Shown here piece after piece: positions 1 to 8,751 of a stretch of DNA of 10,708 nt; within the stretch, counting starts at the first letter, position 1, and every line of letters starts with the position of its first letter. A program made the position numbers and the translations under genes. Below the pieces are notes generated by a model. It was given only the letters and a program-made list of their open reading frames with translations. It made no database searches and had not been told where the DNA came from. Location: the NCBI GenBank assembly GCA_043228905.1, contig JBHGNT010001241.1:1-10708 (forward strand). Direction: 5' to 3'. Origin of the DNA: Azolla caroliniana (lineage: Eukaryota > Plantae > Polypodiophyta).

Positions 1-573
1 CAAATCCCATCTAAGCTCTAAGGTGTGAGTTCACGAGTGGACTACTACTGTGAACTACTCTCATATGCAATAGAAAGTTTGTTTTTGGATATACATATAT
101 GTGATTGTAACTCTATATGCTATCTAATCAGTTCTCAATATTTCTAAGAATAGAGCTCTTTTTTTCCGTTTCCGTTTATCTCAACTTCAAATATATAACA
201 TAAATTGATTTTCGATAGTATGGGACACTGATGGCATTTTATGTTCATTTTTGTCCTCCACTCAGGGGGGGTCATTGATATTAAACACCCTTTAACCATT
301 ATGCTCTTAATCTTAATATTCATTACAAATTTTTAGTATTTTGATTCTGTGAATACTTGTAGTAGATGACATTGCCAAGGTAGGGTGAAAGCCTTGCAAT
401 TAATGACATGAAGTTGGAAACAAAATCATTGATCTAGACATGAGGCGAAATGCTTATTGAGGGTTATAGTTATAACGAATTAAGATATGATTCTATAAAG
501 AATTAAGAATCATGATTGAGTATATTCATAGGGGAGATAAGTTAGATGGTATATGAGAGCAGATACATGGTAT

Positions 574-702
574 ATTGGAGAGTGAGTGAGATATCAACTA
601 GAGTATCCATGTCCCTTTGATTGATCATTCCATGTGCACTTGCAACGAAGTGCTCACCAATCTATATTGATTGGAGAGTGAGTGAGATATCTAAAGTATC
701 CA
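574..702. repeat. Direct repeat pair, 96-bp offset
   Basis: ATTGGAGAGTGAGTGAGATATC is identical at 574-595 and 670-691; both copies are followed by ..AGTATCCA. Confidence 0.9.
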
Positions 703-999
703 CTTCAATACATACACAATATCTCCCATCTATTTATTATCACCAAGGGGGTGGACATTCAGAACGCATTTTCCGAGAAATGTGTCTAGAGAAACAAAGT
801 ATATTGGGCTAGACATCTCGACGAAGACTATTCTGTTCACCTTCACGTCCAATGCCGTCGATGAAGAGTATTATGATAAAAAGCCTTTGTGATCTGGTGC
901 CTGCCTAGGAGGCTCGCAAATGAATGATCGAAAGGCAACGACCTCTCAGCCTCAAAGGTGAGGTCGACAACGCAAATGATGGTGTGTGGACCTTTAGGT

Positions 1000-1271
1000 T
1001 ACATACATACATCATACATACATAGTACATACATACATACATACTACACATACATACATATATACATACATTCATACTACACACACATACACACATACAT
1101 ACATACTACACATACATGCATACTATACATACACACATACTATGCATACATACTACACATACACACATACTATATTGTACATACATACATACATACATAC
1201 ACACATACTGTACATACATACATACTACACATACATGCATACTATACATACATACATACATACATCATACA

Positions 1272-1302
<31 letters not shown>

Positions 1303-1315
1303 GTAAGTATGTATG
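1000..1315. repeat. Interrupted (TACA)n/(CA)n microsatellite with a short inverted (TGTA) tail
   Basis: Visible TACA tandem with TAC/CAC variants. It explains the H/T/Y/I and M/Y/V/C ORFs in the track. Confidence 0.97.
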
Positions 1316-1448
1316 ATTGATGGGTTGATTGGTTATTTTTAGGTCAAATATGAAAATTTCATTCATTCTTCTCTTTTTTGTTCTGTTTTTTTTTTCTCTC
1401 TCTTGGTGGTGGGTATGTTAATGTGCCCTTTGATGAAATGGAAAACAG

Positions 1449-1479
1449 GAGAGAGAGAGAGGAGAGAGAGAGAGAGAGT

Positions 1480-1524
<45 letters not shown>
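1449..1524. repeat. (GA)n microsatellite / GAGA element upstream of gene 1
   Basis: About 75 bp of GA dinucleotide directly upstream of TATAAAA. GA repeats are bound by plant BBR/BPC factors (established); binding here is inferred. Confidence 0.9.
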
Positions 1525-1531
1525 TATAAAA
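1525..1531 (+). promoter_or_regulatory. Putative TATA box of gene 1
   Basis: TATAAAA lies between the GA tract and a pyrimidine-rich (Y-patch-like) stretch. The TSS is not established. Confidence 0.45.
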
Positions 1532-1637
1532 ACAGAGCAGGCCCCCCATTTCCATGGTTTTTTTCCTTCTCATGTGGAACAGAGAGCAGGGGACAAGCTG
1601 TTGCCTTTCTTCTTTTTTCATGCACAGAGCAAGGACT

Positions 1638-1668
1638 CCCTAACCCTAACCCTAACCCTAACCCTAAA
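1638..1668. repeat. Interstitial telomere-like tract (CCCTAA)5, last unit CCCTAAA
   Basis: Five exact CCCTAA units at 1638-1667 followed by A. Confidence 0.93.
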
Positions 1669-1730
1669 CCCCTTGAGTAATACATCCCCCCCCCCTCCCC
1701 CCATCGCTTGCTCCATCACCATTTCCCGGG

Positions 1731-1739
1731 AAACCCTAA
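1731..1739 (+). promoter_or_regulatory. Telo-box AAACCCTAA
   Basis: Exact plant telo-box consensus in the 5' region of gene 1. A site II-like TGGGCT lies at 1911-1916. Confidence 0.65.
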
Positions 1740-2151
1740 CTCCCCCACCCTTACCATTGCAGCACAGGAAGCTCTGTATTGCATCTTAAAATCGCGCAGA
1801 TTGATCACAAGGTCTGCGAAGCCTTAAGCTCATCGCCTGCTCTTGAAAACCCTTATACGTTCAAAGAAAACAGAGTCGCAGGTGACCCTGAGGTAGGGTT
1901 GTTTTGTTTTTGGGCTCTCCACATTGGACCAGAAAAAAAGCAAAAAAAGAAAAAACCTTTGGACCAAAAGATCATCGTGAGAAAACCTTGGGTTTCAACT
2001 TTGAACTACTTTGTATAGCTTCAAGAAAGAGGGAAGAGGGGCACCATTGATATGCAGATGTAGGGGGAGAGAAGGGTCTCGAGAACGTGGATATATATAT
2101 ATATCTATATATACAGAAACAGCAAAAGAGAAGAAGGTTGGATGTATTGAC

Positions 2152-2268
2152 ATGGTTTGTTGGAGTATCAATCGGGCTGAAAGAGGAATATCCAAGGAAA
2201 GAGTTATCAGACTATGTCTCGTTGCTATCCATACCCGCCCCCGGGATATGAGAAGAAGCCTCATGTGA
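2152..2268 (+). promoter_or_regulatory. Out-of-frame overlapping uORF (38 aa, MVCWSINRAERGISKERVIRLCLVAIHTRPRDMRRSLM), preceded by minimal uORFs MQM* (2052-2063) and MY* (2142-2150)
   Basis: ATG at 2152 in good context (GACATGG) reads through the main ATG at 2214 and stops at TGA 2266-2268. Assumes this segment is retained in the mature leader. Confidence 0.55.
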
Positions 2269-2291
2269 TCGAACTAGTGTCATCTCCAAAG
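2214..2291 (+). CDS. Gene 1 exon 1: plant lysine-rich protein of unknown function (MSRCFPFPPPGY..ALPYVIP family, often auto-annotated 'myb-like protein X')
   Basis: MSRCYPYPPPGYEKK matches the family N-terminal signature. 26 codons end at the donor AAG|GTTTGC (phase 0). Confidence 0.88.
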
Positions 2292-4100
2292 GTTTGCAAC
2301 CCTTCCTATTCACGTACATGTCCTTGTTTTATGTATCAAATGGCTGCATTGCCGCATCATATAGATGTTGTAGGCCATGTTGATGTTCGATTTTGATACA
2401 TTCTTCATTCTGAAACTAGGGTTTAATCAGGAAGGTTGAATATTCCTCCTAAAATCGCACATATCCACACATACTAGATGTGGTATGCCATGTCAAATGC
2501 TGCCTTTGGCATGCTTCCTAATGACCAGGTTTTATGGCTAAAGGTTTTGGATCCTTCCTTTCACGTATGTTCTTTTCTTTTGATGTCCAATGGTTACATT
2601 AACACATCCTAGTTGTTGTATGCATGCCGTGGAACGAGAGTTGGCGTGAAAGGCTTAGATCTTTCTATGTCCTATGATTGCATCATCATATCATGTAGCT
2701 ATACCATGCCGATGTTGTCTTTGATAGTCTTTAGGCAAAAGTGTAGTCATCATGAAAGGCTTAGATCCGCCTAATCATATACAGTTTTTCTTTTGATATT
2801 CTCCATGTGAAACGATGATTGGCATGCACATCCTAGACATGATCTGTCACGTCAATGTTTTTCTTACTATTATGAAAATTTGTAAACCTAATCTCATTTG
2901 TTTTTGTTTTGATACCCCATTGTTGCATCAATGCATCATAGATATGATATGCCATGTCAATGTCAATATTTCCTTTTCGATTACAATGGTGTAGTCATGA
3001 TGCAAATTACCAAATGTTTTGTCATCCTGATTGTATATGTTTTTTTTGTCGATGTCCATAGCACATGGTATTATATGCCATGCCTGTATTGCCTTTGATA
3101 TTCTTTGAGTGATGGATGAAATAGTCATGGCACAAATCACTAAGGGCTGCAATCCTGATACGACATTTTTGTTTTAATATCCCATTTTTTGCATCCACGT
3201 ACAGATGTGGTATACCATGTTATTGTTGCTTTTGAGTTTTCTTTGCGCACTGTGACCAGTGAAGGGTCATATACAGATAAACTAGGGCAATCACCAAAGG
3301 TTTTGATCGTCACTATACTGCATTCTTGTTGAGGTCTGTGATATCCATCTATTGGACCAGTGCATCTTGAATGTGGTATGCTATATCAACATTGCCTCGG
3401 TATCCTTGTGAGATGAATAAAGCAGACTGATGCTTTATAAATTCTCACCATTTTTATTACTGCATGACTGTATCATTGCTTTGGACATTTTGCTGCAATG
3501 CATATCAGATTCACTATCATGTGATGCATTGATGGTGAGAATATGCCTTTAAGCAGCATAATAGCATGTAAGTAGATATGAAATGGTATTCTGGAATGCC
3601 CATCATGAGTGCTAAGGTTATCATCAAAGGCTAATCATAGTGGCATGTTATGTGAAAAATAGCAACAGATACTTTGGAAAAGCTTGTTGTTTGATCACTG
3701 CTTTTTTTCATTGACCACTTACTGCAGCAATGTGGTTTGATGGTGAAAGTTAGTATTATGTGGAGAATTACTCTGTAAATAGATATGGATAGTGCAGAAG
3801 AAAACTCATGTGTAGCTAAGTTTATCACTAATGGTTTGTGATCCTAGTTAAGTATGCATCAAAGGTGTTGTATGGCATGCAAATATTTCCTTTGGTATTC
3901 TTTAGTAATGGGTGACATAGTCATTATGCAGATGAAATCGGGTTATTCACTGAAGGTTTATGATCCGTGTTGATTCTAATATGCAATTGTTGCATCAAAG
4001 ACAGGGCATGCGCTAGCAATGTTTCTTTTGACATTTTGAGTGATGGATGATTTCGGCATCACGGCTTGTTACGTCTTAATGACCAATGTTTCGCAAGTTC
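2271..4100 (+). repeat. Degenerate tandem array of about 14 units (mostly 105-155 bp) in intron 1 of gene 1
   Basis: A core resembling GATGTGGTATGCCATG..TTGCCTTTGATATTCTT recurs at about 2364, 2477, 2612, 2692, 2836, 2941, 3067, 3204, 3370, 3864 and 4000, each downstream of an AAAGG(T/C)TT..ATCC-like motif. Confidence 0.8.
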
Positions 4101-4829
4101 TAGCTGTTTCTGTTGATCCCTGCTAATTGTATCATTGCTTCCAAACAAATCCTTTGCATGCTTGTCAGTGTTTGGGTATATGTAAATAAAGCCTTGAACA
4201 GTGTAAGCTTTGGATGTGTCATCAGGTTAAATTTGGGATCATTCTGGAAACCGAGGATGTGGGTGAGAGTTGAACTCTTGAGGTTTTGCTTACAGGGCAA
4301 TATTGGCTTGAGAGTTGTTTATTTAGGCAAAATTGGACCCTCTGCAGAAAATGGATAAAAGTTAGGCATTTGACAGCGTTAGAGTACAAAAAGTGAGGTT
4401 CCATTTTTATCGTGATGCTATGTAAATCTGTCAACTGTTAAAGGAAGTGAGAAGCAGTATATTCGTGTGGAAAGCTGAATATGAAAACTAAAAATGTATT
4501 CAAACTGAAAGGAATGTTGACGTGTGATTCCATTTGTGAAGAGTAATTTTCTTATTCCAGATACCATGCTGCATTCTTGTTATTGAGGTGCAGATAAACT
4601 TGATTTACATCTTTTGTGTTCTGAGTAGTTCATTTGGATTAACTTCTTCTGTAGAATTAATTTAGCAAATACTGATGTCTGTATGCTTTTATCTTCTTAT
4701 AGGGGCATGATTTAATCATTCTTGTATCTTTTATTATCATTATAATGCTGAAACTTCTGGGGTTATTTGGTTGGCTTTGGTTCTCTAGTCATTAAACGAC
4801 ACCTCCACACTCACTTTCTCTCTCTTCAG

Positions 4830-4871
4830 ATATGTAGACAGGCACACTCATCCCATGTGGAGTCAGTTCTG
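4830..4871 (+). CDS. Candidate in-frame 42-nt exon of gene 1 (ICRQAHSSHVESVL)
   Basis: Strong pyrimidine tract and acceptor CTCACTTTCTCTCTCTTCAG|, donor CTG|GTAATC, phase 0/0, no stop codon. Confidence 0.4.
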
Positions 4872-5418
4872 GTAATCCCAATTCTGCTGTGACTAGAACT
4901 TAGAATTTTATGCCGAGTGTTCTGTTGTTAATAGGATTAGATGTATTGACATGAAAGGTTCTCTTACTGATGATATTCATCGGAGGTCTGCTCATGTGTC
5001 TGCCTTCTGTGGGGGAGTGTACCAAAATATGAACTTGTGGGAGTGTCATAGAACAATGAGCTACGACGATGAAATACTATATGCTCATTTGACACTTACT
5101 GCTTGCTGAGTGTCAAGTCAGTGCAAATCAATGGACATTTGCTAATGATATTCACTGCACCTATATTGTCCACTAATGTTGTTCTTGGATACTGATATTT
5201 TCTTCATTTATGTAACTTGAAATCTGTGGTTAGTTATCATGTAGGATTTAGATTTCAAGCCAAAGTTTTGTTGATATTTTTACTGTAAACTTTGAATTCT
5301 GTGTGTTAGACTGTCTTTTAAAATTACAAGGTATCCCAAATAGTATCTCAGTAGTTTTCACCATCAACTGACATATGCAAAGTGTTCTAACTTTTTGCAA
5401 TATTGTAAGAGAATGCAG

Positions 5419-5512
5419 AAAGATAAGCACAAGCACAAAGATAAGGACAAAAAGGACAAAAAGAAGAAGAGGAGGAGAGACAATGAAACAAATGGTGACA
5501 GCTCACATCGTG
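5419..5512 (+). CDS. Gene 1 exon 2 (KDKHKHKDKDKKDKKKKRRR.., basic NLS-like tract)
   Basis: Branch-like TTCTAAC at 5385-5391, acceptor TGCAG| at 5418 (phase 0; an in-frame AAG| at 5409 is an alternative), donor G|GTAAGG at 5513 (phase 1). The K/D-rich tract is typical of the family. Confidence 0.85.
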
Positions 5513-5637
5513 GTAAGGAAAAATTATATTTGTTCCTCCACTTCTCCAAGAACTACATCAGCCAAAGAAAGGAAGGCTTTGCATCATTACCCACCTATTT
5601 AACATTTGATGGGTCTATGATGCTTGTGCTTTGTCAG

Positions 5638-6161
5638 ATAAAGACAAGCGATCAAAAAGAACTCAACATGGAGGCATTGATGAGGGGATTAGGTCGACAA
5701 ATGGAAGGCCATCATCTGATGCAAACACAACCACTTCAGCGGCTGCACATGAAACCATCACTATTCCAAGAAAACAAACTGATATTTCTAGAGATACAGT
5801 GTTCCCAGATGGGTTGCTGATTGCACATAGGGGGAATGAACCTGATGGTAAAGTGGGTAATCATCTTTCCTTAATACCCCCTCCAGCAAGGGCGGCAAGT
5901 AACGGTAGTACTGCATCATATGATCTAGTATCTATTAAACCAACTTCTCAAGTTGAAGATGAATTAATAAGGCAAGAAGCACAAGCTACGAACACCGAGA
6001 AGGTGTGGTCTGCAATTGATGATGAGGAATGGCTATCTCTTTGTAAACCATTGAATCAGAAGAAAAACATAGAAGAAGGTGAGGTGCCGGAGGTGTGGGC
6101 TGAAGTTGTATATTTGCCGTCAGTTGGTATCCATGCGTTGCCGTATGTTGTTCCGGATTGA
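5638..6161 (+). CDS. Gene 1 last coding exon, ending ..DDEEWL..VWAEVVYLPSVGIHALPYVVPD*
   Basis: Acceptor TTGTCAG| at 5637 is phase-1 compatible (G+AT=Asp) after a 125-nt intron. It carries the family C-terminal motifs. The joined CDS is 78+94+524=696 nt, 231 aa. Confidence 0.92.
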
Positions 6162-6189
6162 TAAACCCTCTTTGTTGCTGTCAAAGCAG

Positions 6190-6452
6190 GTGATTGCTAT
6201 AAAATCCATTTAGGGCACCAAAATACCGCTAACTTGCTGGGTATTTGCCAAAATACCCCCAAGTTTTCAAAAATAACTAGATTGCCTATTCCGTTGTGCT
6301 AAATTTTGAACTGTGGGTATATTTTGATAAGTATCCAACAATTAGAAAGGTTTTTTGGTGTTTTTCCATATAATATATGATGAGTTGATAGATTTCTGGT
6401 TTTATTTTTCTGGTTGAGCTCGATTATACTGATGCAGTATTGTTTTTCTCAG
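6190..6452 (+). other. Putative 3'-UTR intron of gene 1
   Basis: CAG|GTGATT 28 nt after the stop, AT-rich interior, acceptor TTGTTTTTCTCAG| at 6452. Confidence 0.45.
6216..6360. mobile_element. Degenerate fold-back / MITE-like element (~57-bp inverted arms)
   Basis: 6216-6272 (CACCAAAATACC..TTCAAAA) matches the reverse complement of 6304-6360 at about 45/61 columns by hand alignment. No clear TSD. Confidence 0.65.
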
Positions 6453-8347
6453 AAATATTTTAAGCTGGTGATCCACACACTACCTGAGGGCCACAAAGAA
6501 GTCAAAGCCAAACTATATATAATAGCTGCATCATCGGTAGCTATTTTTCTTGACTCCGAGTGTGCCTTAAAACAAGTAGAGAATTATATGCCCGACTTTT
6601 CACCCCAAGTTAAAGGCAGTAAGATCAGCAAAGCTGATCACCATCTTTCTGGTGTGAGAGTGACCAACCATTTCAGCCTCTTCCAATTTTCTGGCATATG
6701 ATATTGGAAATTTTCTGCCGTTTTTTTCAAGCCTCGGAGTATCCTGCTATTCAAGCTAACAGCCTTGGGATTTTTCAGTGAGAGAGGACAGCTACTATTG
6801 CTACCTCTGCAATTTTCAATCCTCGGAAACATAGTTGAAGTGCATTCATCATGCGAATTAGTGATGAAAGAAATGCAAGAAGCCAGCGAAGAGACTCCTT
6901 GCTTTGATATGACGATTCAAATGAGAACATAATCAATCAATAGAATGAGTAATGCTATGGTGCCTACAACAGATATTGGATTATGTTAACTGATGCCATT
7001 TGAGAGATAATCAATATATATGGTGTTTTCGAGCGATTACTTTTGGTGTACGTCTGCCCTTGCTCTTAATGATTTACAAACATTGAATCTGCTTTTGCTA
7101 TGGTTTTTCTCTTGCCTCCTAGAGTTCTCAGCATCCTGAAGTTCTGTTTCAGTGGCTACCCTCGGCAAAGATGAGGTTAATGTGATTGTTTTGTACCAGC
7201 TTCTATTACATATCGAACTAATCAATTGCTTGTAAGGCCTCATGCACATAGGGCAGGCCAAAAGAGAAGACAAAACATCACATGCTTTTTTAAGGTGGAG
7301 GTTGGTGGATCTCATGGAGATTGTGTCAAAACTCTTGTAACAATCATAATTGCTAATATTATAAATTGGAATGGAAATTTTGGTGGTTTATCTTGTCAAA
7401 CTTTAATTTTGAATTACCTGGTCAACTGAAAATGTGGAATTGTTATGTGAAGTCTGTTCCATATTTTATCATATAATATGAAGTTTAAGGTTTCAGTTAT
7501 CCATTGGTGGAAGGATACAAAAAATAATTGTGGTGTGCATGTGTTCCTTTGTGCCACCCTTTTTAGCTAAGCCAACCCAAATGGGTACCTTTGTATCAAC
7601 TATAAATTGAGTAAGAAGTAGAAGCTAATTAGGCTGGTTTTGATCTCTTATGTGCATTTCACAATATTGATTGGAAAGTTAAATGTGCCTTTGTATGACA
7701 ATCATCAACTCCAAATGTTTGATGGACCATTAGGAAAAGCTTATAACTGTGTTGCTCCACGCACATTTGAAATAAACCTTTCCAAAACTTATTTGGACTG
7801 ATTGTAAGCTAGTCGAGTAACATATAGTAAAATGTGAGTCTTGCTGTTTATGTCTACAATTTGCATTGTGCATTGGAATAAAGAGAAAATTTATGCCAAG
7901 AAGGGAACTTTTGAGTGTTATATGCCAATGTCTATAAACAAAGCTTATATCCAATTGCACACATATAGACTTTATTTCTGTTGAAGTGTATACATACACA
8001 TTGCATACAATTTTTGTTTAGACATGTTTACACATATAGACTTACATGTATGGACATTACTTTGTAGCTACATGCATATATACATACACATACACACACA
8101 TAAAGGCTTACAATTCATCGTTTTTTAAAGTTTTGTTGGAGATGTGTAGTCTGTTTTGCTTTTCCCAACAAAGATTTATGATTGGAAATATAAAGTAATA
8201 AAGCATGATCTTCTGGTTAATATATCATGTAAACAACTCCAAACTTTGTCTTTTAAGGTCGAAATATGAACGCATCGATAGATATATTTGCACACATATA
8301 TGTATTGCGTTGTAAATGAGTTCTATATTCAATTTTCCACATGCATG

Positions 8348-8538
8348 TACATACATACATACATACATACATACATACATACATACATACATACATACAT
8401 ACAATCATGCAATCATACACATACATACATACATTCACACATGCATACATTCATATATACACATACATACACACACACACATAAACACATGCATACATTC
8501 ATATATACACATACGTACACACACACGCACACGCACAC

Positions 8539-8571
<33 letters not shown>

Positions 8572-8745
8572 TATACATACATACACACACATAAACACAT
8601 GCATACATTTGTATATACACATACACACACACACACATATACATACATACATACACACACATAAACACATGCATACATTCATATATACACATACATACAC
8701 ATAAACACATGCATACATTCATATATACATACATGCACACACACA
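8348..8745. repeat. (TACA)14 followed by a compound CA/TACA minisatellite
   Basis: Pure TACA x14 at 8348-8403. The unit ATAAACACATGCATACATTCATATATACA occurs at 8481, 8661 and 8701, with variants at 8591 and ~8433. Confidence 0.97.
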
Positions 8746-8751
8746 ACTGTC

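Noticed and set aside
1-960. Possible LTR-retrotransposon remnants (G-runs near 265 and 747)
   Set aside because: No recognisable gag/pol peptide, PBS or paired LTRs.
939-966. GC-rich hairpin CGACCTC..GAGGTCG as a Helitron 3' end
   Set aside because: Only a 7-bp stem, and the nearest CTAG is about 30 nt away, which is not canonical spacing.
905-1320. ORFs of 63-120 aa rich in H/T/Y/I or M/Y/V/C
   Set aside because: Translations of the TACA microsatellite, which lacks stop codons.
1359-1789. ORFs with (ER)n, (SL)n, (PN)n and (GL)n runs
   Set aside because: Products of the GA and CCCTAA repeats.
1893-2018. Possible 5'-UTR intron (GAG|GTAGGG..TGTATAG|)
   Set aside because: Plausible, but several competing acceptors exist (2018, 2057, 2210) and cannot be resolved without transcripts.
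2271-4100. CRISPR-like, PPR-like (GHVDxAFDIL) or C/D snoRNA-cluster reading of the intronic array
   Set aside because: The context is a eukaryotic intron with highly diverged units and no cas genes. Unit lengths do not preserve frame and contain stops. C/D box pairs with terminal stems are not consistent. An HMM search would be needed to exclude a decayed PPR origin fully.
5395-5820. 141-aa ORF as a standalone gene
   Set aside because: Only 5419-5512 is exon; the rest is intron read-through and an off-frame overlap of the last exon.
8253-8746. Five overlapping ORFs on both strands
   Set aside because: Minisatellite translations.
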